Assembly: GCF_006345805.1 (NCBI RefSeq)
Contig: NC_043001.1
Location: forward strand, 868,001-932,000
Direction of reading: 5' to 3'
Length of the DNA: 64,000 nucleotides
DNA from: Octopus sinensis
Taxonomy: Eukaryota
Numbering within the stretch: the stretch's first letter is position 1; each line of letters begins with the position of its first letter. The notes under the pieces are model-generated. The model did no database searches. It saw nothing but the letters and a program-made list of their open reading frames with translations, and was not told where the DNA came from. This document shows, piece after piece, positions 14,141 through 27,617 of the stretch. A program made the translations under genes and the position numbers.

Positions 14141-16341
14141 ATTAAAATTCTTGGCTTATTGTTGATATTTTCAATCAGTTTCTACCCTTGATTACATAGT
14201 AGGGAGTGGGGAATCCCTGGAGTCCTGGTGATGGTGGGAACAATTTAAGGGTCCATTAAAGAAAACTGCATTTCAATGATTTCTTATTGCCTGTTTTTGA
14301 CACAGGGAGTGAATTAGCTGAGTCAGTAGAGCATCAGTTGGCTGGAATACTTCGCAGTATTTGTTTCAACTCTTTCTTCTGTGTTCAAACCTAGCTCATG
14401 ACAACTTTGCTTTTCTTCATTTTGGAGCTTAATAAAGAGGTGACCCAGAACAGTTGAGTGGTGGTATTGAGTGGCAGGTAATGTGGGTGAAGACATCTAG
14501 GAGGATCTGCCAAGGAGCAGAAAATAAAAGAATGAACAAAAGGGACAGGGAGTTAAAAGAGGGAAAAAAAGAGAAAGCACTTATTAATGTGATAATTAAC
14601 CCCTGCTGAGCTCTGATTACGTACCCCATTGGTTATCATAATTAATCCCTTAAATCATGTTTTGCAGTTTAGCTCCAGGTGAGCCCTAATTATATGTCAC
14701 TGACCCAATCAATGTTATTCCATTCCTTTCCATTCACAAACAACCTGTTTTTCCCTTTTTTTCACACAAAACCTTTGAATGACAATATCTGATGAGTTCT
14801 TCCCTTATTTAGATGGTAGAATGTGATTTGAAGTAGATTAAGCTGCTCTTTCCATGATAGAATCATTAGAGCATTAAACAAAAATCCTCCTCATTATTTG
14901 TTTTAGCTTTTAACATCCTGACTTCTAAATTTTATTGACAGCAACTTTGTTGTTCATATTTCTTCGATTGATAAACTGAGACAGTATTCAAGTACTTTCA
15001 ATGCAACTAAACCAACCCCACTCGAAATTTGTGCTTTTCAGCATCATCCCCATTGTTTTTAAATCCACTTCTCAGTGCTTTTATGGGTTACATGAAATTA
15101 AGGTAAATTTCCTATGGCCAGATGCCTTTTTAGTTGCTGGCCCTTACCTATTCCCAAATAAGGCAATATTTTTATATAGCCATTGAAAATGAAGGACATC
15201 ACTTGTATGATGGTGGTGCTCGTATACAACTATTAAGCATTATCAAGACAAGGAGACACTAACAGAAACACGTATGCACACACACACATACACACACACG
15301 CACACACACACACACACTACATTCACAGCAGGTTTCTTTTAATGTCTGTTTACCATATCCACATACGATGCTTTGGCCAGCCAGGGGCTATAGCAGAAGA
15401 CACTTGCCCAAGGTGTAGCACCATTGGATTGAACCAGAAACCCTATGGCTGAGAAGTCAACTCCTCAAGTACATAACCATGCCTACATCTTATATAAGAA
15501 ATTATTTCTGTCGGTTTGAGTAACTTCATTCATGGCGACTGCTTAATCTTTTCCTTTTACTGGGTTACATCTATTGTCTCCTCATCTGTGAAACCAAAGA
15601 TGAGGAGGAGGAATTTTTTTTTTATAATCCTTTGTTCACGTAATTGTTTTTGCAAGTGAATGCCATTCCTCTTGCTAACCACTGAACCATGTAAATTAGT
15701 GAAACCCTTATTATTACTTAATCTTAAATGAGGGCCAAATGCAGCATAAAAGAACAAACACAAAACAAGAACCCAAGAAAGCCGCATTGAACCAAAAAAC
15801 AACAACAACTGATAGAAAATTCTATGAAATAATGTCATAGTTTAGGTGGACTAATTAACACCTCATCAAAATAAGTGAAATTTAGCATAGCAATTAGCAT
15901 AACGAATGTTGCACACAAATGAGATACAATGCTTCATCTGTTTTCAAAGAACAATCAACAGTTTTAGATTAAATGTTAAGTATTTCACTGATATTTTCGG
16001 CACATGCAACCAAATTTATTCTGATATTGTGGTGTTTTTATTTATTTAATTAATTAGCATATTGAAAAATGTAATATAATAGAATTAATAAAAATAAGAT
16101 GATGATGTTCATGATGATGTTGATTAATAAATAAATAAATAAATGTTACCATCTCCCACTTGGGATATTACTCTTTTAGTAATGCAAACAAAGTAACAGG
16201 AAAAAGCTATATATGCACGTTGGTGTGTGTGTGTGTGTGTGTGTGAGTATACACTCATGCTATATTTTGATATGTTTATGTATGTCTGCATTTATACAGG
16301 TACATGTTTGTGTATCGATCTATCAATCTCTTTATCTTTAT

Positions 16342-16386
<45 letters not shown>

Positions 16387-16439
16387 GTGTGTGTGTATAT
16401 ATATATATATACATATATATAATATATATATATAGTTGC

Positions 16440-16657
16440 ACCATTCATGTGTGGGTCGTTGCCAGTGCCGCCTGACTGGCTCCTGTGCTGGCAGCATGTA
16501 AAAAGCACCCACTAAACTCATGTTAGGAAGAGCATCCTGCTGTAGAAACATTGTCAGATCAGATTGGAGCCTGGTGCAGCCTCCTGGCTTCCCAGTCCTC
16601 AGTCAAAACGTCCAACCCATGCCAGCATGGAAAACAGTCGTTGAACGATGATGATGT
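16440..16657 (+). mobile_element. RTE-tail family copy
   Basis: Sequence tgtgctggcagcatgtaaaaagcacccact...gcagcctcctggcttcccag...aaaacagtcgttgaacgatgatgatg. Confidence 0.7.
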
Positions 16658-16659
16658 TG

Positions 16660-17045
16660 GGGTGCAGGAGTGGTTGTGTGGTACATAGCTTGCTTACCAA
16701 CCACATGGCCCCGGGTTCAGTCCCACTGCGTGGCATCTTGGGCAAGTGTCTTCTGCTATAGCCTCAGGCCAACCAAAGCTTTGTGAGTGGATTTGGTAGA
16801 CGGAAACTGAAAAAAAGCCTGTCATATATGTTTGACAACCGTCGCTTGACAACTGATGCTGGTGTGTTTACATCCCTGTAACTGAGTGGTTTGGCAAAAG
16901 AGACTGACTGAATAAGTACTAGGTTGAGGGCTCTCAGTCTGCTAGAGTAAGTAATAGGCTTTGAGGTTGATTTGTTTGACTAAAGGCGGTGCTCCAGCAT
17001 GGCTGCAGTCAAATGTCTGAAACAAGTAAAAGCGTGTAAAAGAGT
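16660..17045 (+). mobile_element. tRNA-derived SINE family A, near full length
   Basis: tRNA-like head gcaggagtggttgtgtggt...cttaccaaccacatggccccgggttcagtcccactg with A/B-box-like motifs. The family body and a (gtaaaaga)n-like tail follow. Confidence 0.8.
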
Positions 17046-17056
17046 AAAGAGTATAT

Positions 17057-17273
17057 ATATGGGGATACTGTAAAGCTCCTGGTTTTAAGGGAATTGTGAA
17101 AGGCCTGGGTGGAGGCCCAACCTTCCAAGTCCTTTTACAAGACTTAGAGAAACTGAAGGACCGCTGCAATAAGTGTGAGTCTGAGAGGGGAATATGTTGA
17201 GGAAAATCATTATTTACTGATCCTGCTGTATTTTCTTTTACCCAAAGCCAGGAACTTTTCAGCACCTCTTCAT
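17057..17273 (+). mobile_element. mariner-derived MITE
   Basis: Imperfect TIRs tatggggatactgtaaagctcctggtttt / aaagccaggaacttttcagcacctcttcata with TA flanks. The interior encodes the mariner C-terminal remnant EKLKDRCNKC..LRGEYVE. Confidence 0.7.
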
Positions 17274-17280
17274 ATGTGTG

Positions 17281-17323
<43 letters not shown>

Positions 17324-18224
17324 TGTATACTCAGGGAACAGTTTGTATGCTTTCTATGACTTGGAACATAAATCATTAGTTAATGTGCTATGGGCATAAA
17401 ATGGATATCTGTGTGTGTGTGTGTGTGTGTGTGTGTGGTGTGCATGTGTGTGTGTGCATGTGTGAGGTTGTATCAATGAATATATATGTATGTGTGTGTG
17501 CTTCTCTGCATGAATAGAGTAAGACAGATAAAGAGGGGAGAGGAGGTAAAAAAAGCTCCTTAAAACTGAAAATTTCATATTACATAAAAAAGAAAAACTA
17601 AGACAAAATGGTGAAGTGCTTGGTTGGTTTTCATGTAATATGATAAATTAAAATGACGACTGAAGTAAAACGATTGATTAAAGTAATATGATTGGTTAAA
17701 ATGTATAAACCTGATCATCGTAGAGAATTAAATAAAAACTGGTGCTGATGAAGTGGTTAATAATAATACAAGGAAATTCAGCTAATTAATATTGATGTGA
17801 AAGTAAGAAATAGTTTAGCTAATGAATAAAAATGAGGGATGTCTGTCCCTTTCACCACTCAACCCCTAAAATATTTTAGGAGCCAATATTTATCTACATG
17901 AAGTAGACATCAGGTATATTTGCCCCTGGAGAGAATACCTGATGATTACTAATAACATTGTTTAATTACCTCTGTTACTTAATATCAACATCTAGCTAAT
18001 CAAAGGTAATGTCGAAAAAAAGAGCAAGTTTTGAACTCAAAACCTATACTTAAGCAGTCCAGTACCTTCTCCAATCATCTATCTAGCTTCACTAATAAAA
18101 ATGCTTGCTGCTAATGACATACTCATTAGAACAGGCATGTAGAGGAATGAATATCCTCAACTCTGAACATATAGACAGCCATGGAATCTCTGCATGAACC
18201 AATAATATAGCTTTTACAAGGTGG

Positions 18225-18420
18225 TGAGCTGGGTGAAATGCTCAGCAGTATTTCATTTGTCTTTATGTTCTGAGTTCAAATTTCATCCAGGTCAACTTTA
18301 CCTTTTATCCTTTCAGGGTCAATAAATTAAGTACCAGTTGCATACTAGGGACAATCTAATCAACTGACCTCCTCCTCCAAAATTTCTGGCCTAGTGCCTA
18401 GAGTAGAAAAGAATACTATA
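18225..18420 (+). mobile_element. tRNA-derived SINE family B
   Basis: Sequence ggtgagctggg..gaaatgctcagcagtatttc...gagttcaaattt...cctttcagggtcaataaattaagtaccag...gtgcctagagtagaaaagaat. Confidence 0.7.
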
Positions 18421-20360
18421 GCCTTTATGTAATCAATAAACATGCAAGAAATAACAGCCCACTCTCTCTTAAATCATTACCTACCATCATAAAACGTGAA
18501 GGACATAGTCCTAGAAATTCTATGTCCAAAAATATACTATAACTTCATGGCTGACATTGCCTTGATTATAAATTAATTTTGTTAGAGCAGACCTGAAGCT
18601 AAACAGCAACAACAAATGACTAGGCTTGAAAAGAAGCTTAACCTTATCTGTGATGCCATATGTGGCTTTAAAAACCTGAAAAATTTAAGGTTTTCTTTCT
18701 CTTCACCATCAGAATTTGTCCTGAATATATTTGAATCCTATGTTTTAATATGCAAAATGATGTGTGAGATAATGAACTAATGTGGAGGCAAAATGCAAGC
18801 AATTCATAAAGAATTTTCCTTTAAAAATTAACGTCAGCAGTATTAGGACACAAGATATAACACAGGAAGAGAGAAGAGAAAATAGTAAAAGAGCCAATAA
18901 GGAGGAGAGGGTCATAGTCAAGAGTAACCAAAGTAAAAGGCATAAAACTGAGGCTAAAATCGAAGACAGTTAAATAATGGAGATTGAGCCCAGAACAATG
19001 AAAATTGAGAACCAGTTCAGGGCTGTACAACACCAACAGCATCTGACCAACAAGACTTACAAGATATAAGGGAGGCTCAGAGGTGAGAGTATTTCACTTT
19101 GATAATGAACATTTCAAAGATCTTTGCACCTAAATTACAACCAAAAGAATAACACGAAAGAAAAAGAAACCAAGGCAGAGTTGTAAAATCTAGCCATGAT
19201 GTTAAAATGTGTGTATTTTGGTCATTTTAAAACTAAACTGGAATCCTTCTACAAGACATAATCAGTATTGACCAATGAAGGGCTCTATGTGAGGGCTCTC
19301 AACCCGCTAGAAACAAGAGCTAAATTCTATCAAATCACACTCTACCATCTTAAAATGGAAAGAACAAATTGGACAAAGTAGTTGAAGACACACCAAAAGG
19401 TAAGAGAGTTAAGGCAGGAATGGTTTTGGTGATAGACTTGCCAAATCAGAGCTGACCAAGGGTTGATCACCAACAATCAATCTCAATAGACAAATCAATA
19501 ATTGCTACTTGAAAGTAAACACCACGAAAACAGACATTTTAATTTTCCTTTCTAACAAATATGGTGAGTTTCTGAGTATCTGATTGATGACTGCAATATA
19601 TCTTGGTCTTAGAGGAAGACATGACAAAACAGTATCATTTCTACAAACTGAACAGACACTTCAATATTAACCAATAATATCAGGAAATTCTTTGCCATTT
19701 ACCAGTGTAACATTCTTATTAACTCCATCTGGGTTTTAAAAAAACAGAAATAACTATTGTAATTCTTTCTGTCTTTCTTTCTTTCTTTTCTCCAAAACAA
19801 CACAACAGAAATTTAAAATCTTTTAAACTCTTGAACTCATAATATTGCACAGAAGTCTGTCATTAAAAGGACATTCTTCATATCGGATCAATTCCATTGG
19901 TCAACAATAAAAATGTGTGTGGGTGTGTGTAAAATCATCATCAATTTTTGTCTTGGCATTAATGGTAATAAGTTTATTGTATACAGTGATCAGGTACAAG
20001 TCATTAGAAAAGGTTAAAAGAAGGGACAGAGAGCAGACCAATAAAGTCAAGAAAGACAGCAATGAAAGCTAAAAGTGCGTGTACAGTGCACAGAATAAAA
20101 CCAGAAAAGGAGAGGAAAGAGGTCGTTAGTCATAAAGAGGAGAGGGTGGATATAGGAATGGCAGGAGTAGTTTGGGGTAATTTGGAGAAGTAGAGGATTT
20201 TTGAAGGATACAAGTGTTCTGACAGCTAACAAGTGATGTGGTTAGTTACATCCATGTTTTGACAATTCTGAATATGAAATAAAGACTTCCAAAACCCTTT
20301 ACTGTTGAGATTGCAGACCATGTGTAAACCACTCAATTGTTCTGTGAATAACCAAAGAAT

Positions 20361-20427
20361 ATTGGTAGATCTTCTCTGATGAGGGGGGTAATTATCCCTG
20401 AAACCAATCTATAAGAGGATTACCAAT
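20361..20427 (+). ncRNA. type I hammerhead ribozyme-like element (slightly degenerate)
   Basis: Core CTGATGA at 20376-82, stem II GGGGG/TCCCT, and GAAA at 20400-03. The cleavage triplet ATA is at 20411-13. Stem I (20361-75 with 20414-27) forms 14 bp with one bulge. Stem III has only the A-U pair followed by a C/A mismatch. Confidence 0.55.
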
Positions 20428-20647
20428 TATGTTTCTATTTAGTTCAGAGAATAATAGAATATCTCCACATTGTCTGCAATCTCTATAGAGATGTCTCACA
20501 AATAAATAATGGCAGATATATTTACATTACACATGGTTTGGGTATTCTGAATAACATTGTATTCTATATAATTATGTATTTATTACACACACACACACAT
20601 ACACCTTATCACTTCAGTCTTGCTTCGTTCTGAATTCAATCTTTGGT

Positions 20648-20673
20648 TTTATATTATTATTATTATTATTATG

Positions 20674-20721
<48 letters not shown>

Positions 20722-21165
20722 TAGTCTTACTTTTATCATGTGCTTTCCCTGCATTACCAAGCACAACTCTGTGTGCCTTGGGTATGTGCTGTGGCTTCTT
20801 GTGGTGCTCTTATTTTCACTGTATTGAAAGTGTTTTGCATAGGATGTGTGCAGTGCCTAGTAGTGCTATTTTCTGTATGTTATATATACTTGGAAGTCCT
20901 GGTGTTTTTGGTATGTATTTGCCTGAATGTTTTTTTTTATCATACCTAATGCACCTACTATGATAGGAATTGTTTCTGGTTTTTAGATTCCATATTCGAG
21001 TTACCTCTATTTCCAGATCTTTGTATTTTGAAAGTTTCTCCATTTCTTTTAGAGAAACATTGTCAACTGTTGGTATTGATACATCGATTAGAAAACATTT
21101 TTCTCCTTGGTGATCTCTGACAACTATATCCAGCATATTGGCCTTAATTTCTCTATCTGTGTCTA
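20648..21165 (-). mobile_element. R4/Dong-like non-LTR retrotransposon 3' end (RLE domain, 3' UTR, (TAA)n tail)
   Basis: ORF 20816..21259 contains TDREIKANMLDIVVRDHQGEKCFLIDVSIPTVDNVSLKEMEKLSKYKDLEIE...QKIALLGTAHIL, a PD-(D/E)xK RLE. The (TAA)n tail is at 20648-20716. Confidence 0.8.
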
Positions 21166-22207
21166 GTGATGTATAACAACATCCAACAGTTTGTTTGATA
21201 GCGTGATCCCATATACATTTAAGATGTTTGTATCCATTCAAAACAGGAAAGACCTTCACAGTGATAAAAGTATGAGGAGAGACTTTCTCCTTAAAGACAA
21301 TACATGTGGAAAAGACACCAATGGACCATGAATGATGTCATTGCACTATAGAAGTCATTGTTACACTTTATTGACCACAGACACTGAATCTGTCATTCAT
21401 AGTTTGGTGGTGCATTTTTTCAGACACTTGGAAGAGGAATTTCTCTTCTGAGACAGTTTCTGCAGTAAGTGTCTTTCCTTGTTTGAGTGTATACACTATA
21501 GCGTGTATAAACTGTAAGTGTATACACACCTATATTTTAATCATCAGGGTGTAAAGTACCTTAAATTGTTTAGAGTAAAAAATTTAGAACAAAATGAAGG
21601 ACACTTGTTTGTTGTTTATTTAATCCAATAAAGGGATAGCAAAATCATTAAATAACACCCTTCTTTTTTTTAAAAAAAAAGAGACTTGTCTATATGGATT
21701 TTGTAAGATGTTGAATTGTATTTTTAAATATCTATACCACACCGAGGTACCTTAAATGGTACACTGCTTAACAACCATTGCTCTAACATCTAATATGGTT
21801 TCCTATTCTTTTAATATAGCAAGCCATGATTTCATGGAGATTTCACTGCTATTTCTAGTAAATTAGAGAGTATTCAAAAACCCCTTTGTTGTGCTGCTGT
21901 TATCCTATGGGAGGGAGATATAGTTCTATCCTAGTCTTTTTATGAATGACAAGGATTAACAAAATCCTGTTTGCTTTGATCTGCATTCACAGGTTTGAGT
22001 ATTGCAAAGAGAAGGCTAATATGTAATGAGTGATAAGTGAAGACTGTGAGGGAGGGCAAGAGGGGGGAAATAAGGGAGGAGACATCCCAGTTTTACTTTG
22101 GCATTTATCAGTTATGTGCATCCATTGAAAGAAGAAAATCATATATAATTAAATAATAATAAGTATATATATCACTTCTGCTATAGACATACAAATGTAC
22201 ATTCATA

Positions 22208-22271
<64 letters not shown>

Positions 22272-22408
22272 GGACCATTGCACTTGATTCCATCGTTGCA
22301 ACTGCCATCTTCGACCACCACCATTCGCCCATCATATCTCTGCAGCCAGCACATCTCTTATTTTGATCTCCATAGTGATTATAACCAATTCCTTTTCTTT
22401 CTTAACAG

Positions 22409-22476
22409 ATCAAGTTGTAGATCGGTGCAGAGCCAATGTGCAAAGACAAAACCATGATTCTCTTCATAGGAAAATG
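22409..22476 (+). CDS. candidate internal coding exon, product unknown
   Basis: Strong acceptor ccttttctttcttaacag| and donor ATG|gtaaga. It is 68 nt and only one frame is open: (x)QVVDRCRANVQRQNHDSLHRKM. I could not link it to partner exons. Confidence 0.3.
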
Positions 22477-22599
22477 GTAAGAATCTGTTCTAATGGCAGC
22501 AGTTACTCTTGGCAGCTAAACTCTTTTGGTACCATGTTTCTGTTGAAATTAACTAGTTTTGCTTCCTTTAATTTTGAAAATAATAACTGGAAAAGGAAG

Positions 22600-23150
22600 A
22601 GGATGATGGGTAAGTGTGCTTGCATGTACCTGGGTGTGGGGTGTGTAAGTTTGCCTGAGATGGATGGGGAGTGGAATAAAAGGAAATGCAGTGAATAGTG
22701 AACATGATAAGAAAGATGGTCTGTTGTGAATCTCAGTTGGAAGAGAAGATGGAGGAAGTAGTTGTGAGTCAGAGAAGTAATTGGTGGCAGTAAAGATGAT
22801 GTAAAATATGTGGGGCGGGGTGTGAGAGAGATGCACAGGGCTAGGGATGAAGTCAGAGGTACATAAGGATGGAAATAGCAGGAGATCAATTGAGGAAATG
22901 AAGGAAGATCTACTATTGGCAAAATGGGGTGTGTTCAAGAAAGGGGAGATGAAAGGGGTGTTCAAGGGAAAATAAGGTGAGAAAGTGTTAAAGAGAGAAA
23001 GTGGATGCAGGGAGGGTGAGTGGTAGGGGAATGAAATATGTGTGCAGTTCTGCTCTCCAAATTGCAGAAGTTGATTGAATATTGCCATAGCCAGAAGAGT
23101 GATGAAGGGCTGGGTGGGTGAAATGTAGGACAAACGAGGCCTAGACATTT
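22600..23150 (-). mobile_element. possible old LINE APE-endonuclease remnant (I/R1-like)
   Basis: The minus ORF includes HFANSRSSFISSIDLLLFPSLCTSDF, loosely like APE T....S.IDL motifs. It is highly degenerate. Confidence 0.25.
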
Positions 23151-23189
23151 AAGTTATACTTTTAGGGCCTAATTTTTACTTAGATGGAC

Positions 23190-23550
23190 AGAATGTCTAA
23201 AGTACTGTAAATCTCCAATCAGCTTTTGTCATCTCAATCAAACTCAACATCCAGAGGTCATTCTTTACCACGTCAGTCACATTTTTCTGGGTCTTCCTCT
23301 TCTCCAGGTTCCATCTGCATTTAGTGATTGTCATTTCTTTATTTTAACTCTCCTCAACTATATTTGCATCACAAAACTGTATCAATCCAGTCTTCTCTCT
23401 TGCACATTACATTTGATACCTCTTATGCCGGATTTTCTGCTCAGCACATATGCACTTTATTGTACATGTACACTGCACATCCAGCCGAGCGTGTTAGCTT
23501 CATTTCTTTTAAGCCTTTTCCTGTTCTCTGCAATCACAGCCTGTGTGTCA
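23190..23550 (-). mobile_element. RTE-clade LINE C-terminal fragment
   Basis: The minus strand reads RLKRNEANTLGWMCSVHVQ*...RGIKCNVQERRLD*Y...WRRGRPRK, the RTE C-terminal pattern. Confidence 0.6.
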
Positions 23551-25596
23551 CAGTTCACACACACACACACACACACCCACATTTACGTATATGCTTATAT
23601 ATATGTTTCTATATTTTGGGATGGTCATTCGTTTTCTGTGCCAAATAAACACACACACCCATAGCATATGTAGCAGTGCAAGCCATGGCTATATAAGAGG
23701 CACAGCATTGGAATGAGAGGAAGGTGAACAGAGACCGCAGACTTTGTTTTGTGGCAGATGAGCAGCAGCAGTAAACACTTGGATGGTTTAAAAGTGGGAT
23801 TTAAACTTTGAGTACCACAAGCATTTTCATTCAACATTCAAAAAGTTCCATCAGTTTACTGCAAAAATATTAAAATTACATCAATTTTGGTGCCAACCAA
23901 CCCAAGACCATTTCTTGGTCTCTAAGACTTAAATCATTTGTTTTAAAGTCTTTATATTTGAATTGTTACAATTCTATGTAGAAGTGTTTCTTTTTTATAT
24001 TCCAAATACCAGCTTATAAATAGCAGAGTTGGTTATTTCACTAAACATCCCCAGAGTCAACATTATTTTCCAACTTGAAACAAACAAATTATTTCATAAA
24101 AAATATGGCAAGAAAAGAGTTTAAAATGTGAAAACTACAAACTGAAATTTTAAATATAACATCTGGATAACTATTCTTTTATTCTTTTACTTGTTTCAGT
24201 GATTTGACTGTGGCCATGCTGGAGCACCACTATGTTTCATTTATTGAATAAAGAAATATTTAACAATATTTTTGTAATTTTTATTAATATATTTCTTGTC
24301 TAAAATATATAAATACCATTTCTCATACATTTTTCTGACTTTATGTACAAAAAGAAACAAGATATTTTTATTTGCTTGAAAGTGTACTGAGAGTATAAAA
24401 GGTCTGAGAACTAATAGTACAAAGCTAATAAACTATCTACACATTAGTTGTAAGTTCAAATCCCCAGCTTGTCTTTTGATTTGCTTTTGCACATTCACAT
24501 TTTGTTCAATGAATACAAATACAGACTTTTGTAAAGTAAAATCAAGCTGATAAACTCTAATGTTTTATTTTAGATAGGGGAGAGTATGATGTTGTAACAT
24601 AACTTCTGTTTTAGAATCTTTTACAAAGAACTTAAAAAAACACCAGCATCAGTCATTGCCGTTACCAACATCTTCAACATCCCCTTTTATTTAACCCCTT
24701 TTGTTATCAACCAGTCCAAGGCCTCTCCTGGTTCTATGATGCAAACTTGCTGTTTTGAAGGGATCCAAATTAAAACCTTCCATCAAAATTTGTAGTTAAT
24801 TTATGTTCCAAACACCAGACCAAGTTTTTATAACTAAATTCTTCAGTTTCAAATTAACTGAAACAGGAATATGGTAACAAATAGGTTGATGTCCTTTCCG
24901 CCCCCCCCCTGCCCTATGACACATTTCCATCTGTTTGAAAACTTCAACACATTTTTAATAGCTGTCTTTCTAAGGTTTCATCTTCCTCACCCAGTCTTTT
25001 TCACCTTCCTTCTATTCTCTGCATTCTGTATCACAACTTGGCAGCAGCTTCCTACTCAACATATATTCCTATGCTAACGTATGCCTCAGTATTTATTCTG
25101 TTACTGTAACCAAAGCCTCGAACCATTTTAATATTCACTCTCGTTAAACTTCTCTTCAAAACAGTGATGATACATTATTAATTTATTTTATTCAAATTCC
25201 TTCAGGCTGTTTTTTACCTCCACATGCGTATTACATCAACCGTTCTTCGTTGCCAACAGAAGCAGTAGTTCACTACTCACTTATCTTCCTTACACTCCAT
25301 GCACAACACATTCTACAATTACTGTTTCTATCGAAAATACTCATTCCTCACCTAATATGAGTCCAAGACTTGTAAAAAATTAATAATGTCTGGTGAATTT
25401 AGTGATGGAAACTTTTTAAGACATTTCAATTGAAGTCCATTTGTTAGATTTAAAATTTCTTTCTGCATCTTTTTGAATTTTTTTGTAATGTAAGCTAAAT
25501 TTTAAACATAGAAAAATTAAAAAAAGATCATTTCTAATTTTTTTAGAAGAACTTTCAAGACTCTGAAGACTTTGCTGTGCCATGAAATATATATAC

Positions 25597-25672
<76 letters not shown>

Positions 25673-26259
25673 AGACCCCTATCTGTCTGGTGTGTTTTAT
25701 CAAACGATATCAAGATACCTTGGTTTTTGCATTTTAACTGAATCAACTTTTACAGGAACAGGCCAAACCCTGACCACACACCTCCTCACATTCCATTATC
25801 ATTGATGATGAAAGAACAGAGAACAGATTTTACCCGAACATTCAAACTTGTTATCTATGATTAAAGTCACTCTTCAACTATTTATCCAAATCCAGCATTT
25901 TCATTGGACATTTCACTGTTGATCATGTGACTTCATCTAAAAATAAATCAAGAGTTATTTGCTCTTTGTTAAATGCATCTTATGAAATACCCCCACCCTC
26001 ACCAACCCTCAACATTTCTAGCTTTCCATGGAAACTATGTTTTGCTATAATGTTTCATTCCGTGTTCAGTGTGTAACCGAACTTATTCCTGGAATCTTCT
26101 TTTTGCTGTTTCTTTCCATTTTTCATTCATTTAACATCTTTTCCATTCCAGCATCAGTTTGGATGGAGATTTCTTGGAGTTAAGATTATTCTGCTGGATT
26201 TTATTCCTGTCATTAGTTCATACTTGTTTCTTTAAGAAAAGCACTGTATGGCACATTGG

Positions 26260-26428
26260 GCAAGTGTCACATATGGAGCACCTGGTTGTGTGGTCAAGTT
26301 GTCTGCTTCCCAACTGCATGACTCAGTCATGTCCAAGAGTCATTTACTGAACACATTTGCTGCAGGTTGATCGAAGCACTGTGAACCGATTTAGTAAACA
26401 GAAACTAAAAGAAGCCACACAATACATA

Positions 26429-26440
<12 letters not shown>
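26260..26440 (+). mobile_element. SINE family A fragment (rearranged)
   Basis: Contains gcacattgggcaagtgtc, a tRNA-like head at about 26282, and ggttgatcgaagcactgtgaaccgatttagtaaacagaaactaaaagaagcc. Confidence 0.6.
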
Positions 26441-26463
<23 letters not shown>

Positions 26464-26679
26464 ACATGCTCATCTCTTTTGTATGTATTGTATATATGGT
26501 TCAAACTCCAGCCACTTTCTCTCCTACTCTACTCCTGCCTCCACTACTCCATACCCTCCCCTGTATTCATGCCCTACTCTTTCCCATCTGGGTAACCTCA
26601 GGCTTGCCTTTCCCTCACTTTTCTTGCTGCTCTCATCCTATATTTATATATTTCTGCATGCATGCATAAATAAATGGGC

Positions 26680-26812
26680 TTCTTTCAGTTTCCATCAATC
26701 TAATCTACTTAAAAGGCTCTGGTTATTCTGGGGCCAATGTAGAAGACACTTGCCCAAGGTGCCATGCAGTGGGACGGAACTCAAAACTACATAGTTGAGA
26801 AGAAAGCTTCTT
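26680..26812 (-). mobile_element. SINE family A 5' half, reverse orientation
   Basis: Sequence gtagaagacacttgcccaaggtgccatgcagtgggacggaactcaaaactacatagttgagaagaaagcttc is the reverse complement of the head and body. Confidence 0.65.
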
Positions 26813-27567
26813 ATCAAACTGTCATACCTGACGATGATGATGATGATGATGATGATTATATGATGAAGTTCAATCCATAAATACGGAAGTGAAACACCAG
26901 AAGTGAAAACACTAAAGTATAATGACCAAAGTAAGTATTTCCGACACTCAGATGACAACAATGCATAATGGGATTCTTCAACAATCATCTTAACAAGAAT
27001 GTTGTCTTCTTCAATGGTGTCATTGACTTTATTAACAAAGTAATGATGGAGCCTTTAGATAATTGTTCTACTTGCAAGAAATAGCAGCTAAACCTTCCTC
27101 AAATAATATCTACCATTTTGAAAGAAAAAAAATGGAAGGATTACTATGGCTGGATCCCTTTTAATTATAGATCTCATCTATCACAGCTGAAAGGGTTAAA
27201 ACTTTAGATATCAGCAGACCTAAGACCATCTTTGATTCCATAAGGCAAATATCCTGTCTTAAAGTGGTGTTAAATTAAGGTCTTCTGTCGAAATTTTGCA
27301 TTAATTTATGTTACAATCACCAGATTAATAACAACAAAGTTATTTTGCTAAATTTCGAAATATTTTCAAAATCCATGAAAACAAAGGCTGTGTATTGCCA
27401 CAGGAATCTCATAAGAAAAGGGGTTTGACAGAATAACCAGCAACATAGTGAGTTGGCAGAAGCAACAGAGGGCTGGATTAATTTAAACCTCCACTTCTTC
27501 ATTTACAAATTACTACCTCATGCTTAAAAAAAAACTAGTTGAAAGAAAAATCTGAAAGATTTGATTA

Positions 27568-27617
<50 letters not shown>

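Noticed and set aside
14668-14678. 11-nt microexon-like gcag|tttagctccag|gtgagc
   Set aside because: Similar sequence occurs near 49000, so it is probably a degenerate dispersed repeat, with no partner exons.
17903-17949. Hairpin catcaggtat/atacctgatg as a pre-miRNA
   Set aside because: The stem is only about 15 bp and does not extend, which is too short for a Drosha/Dicer precursor.
2090-18675. Several short minus-strand exon-like segments (e.g. 18675-18643 VFKATYGITDK, 11575-11546 EKKFLIELYE, ~2160-2090 KPDFLSEISTY...)
   Set aside because: Each has plausible splice sites, but they could not be chained into a recognisable protein, and chance matches are expected at this frequency.
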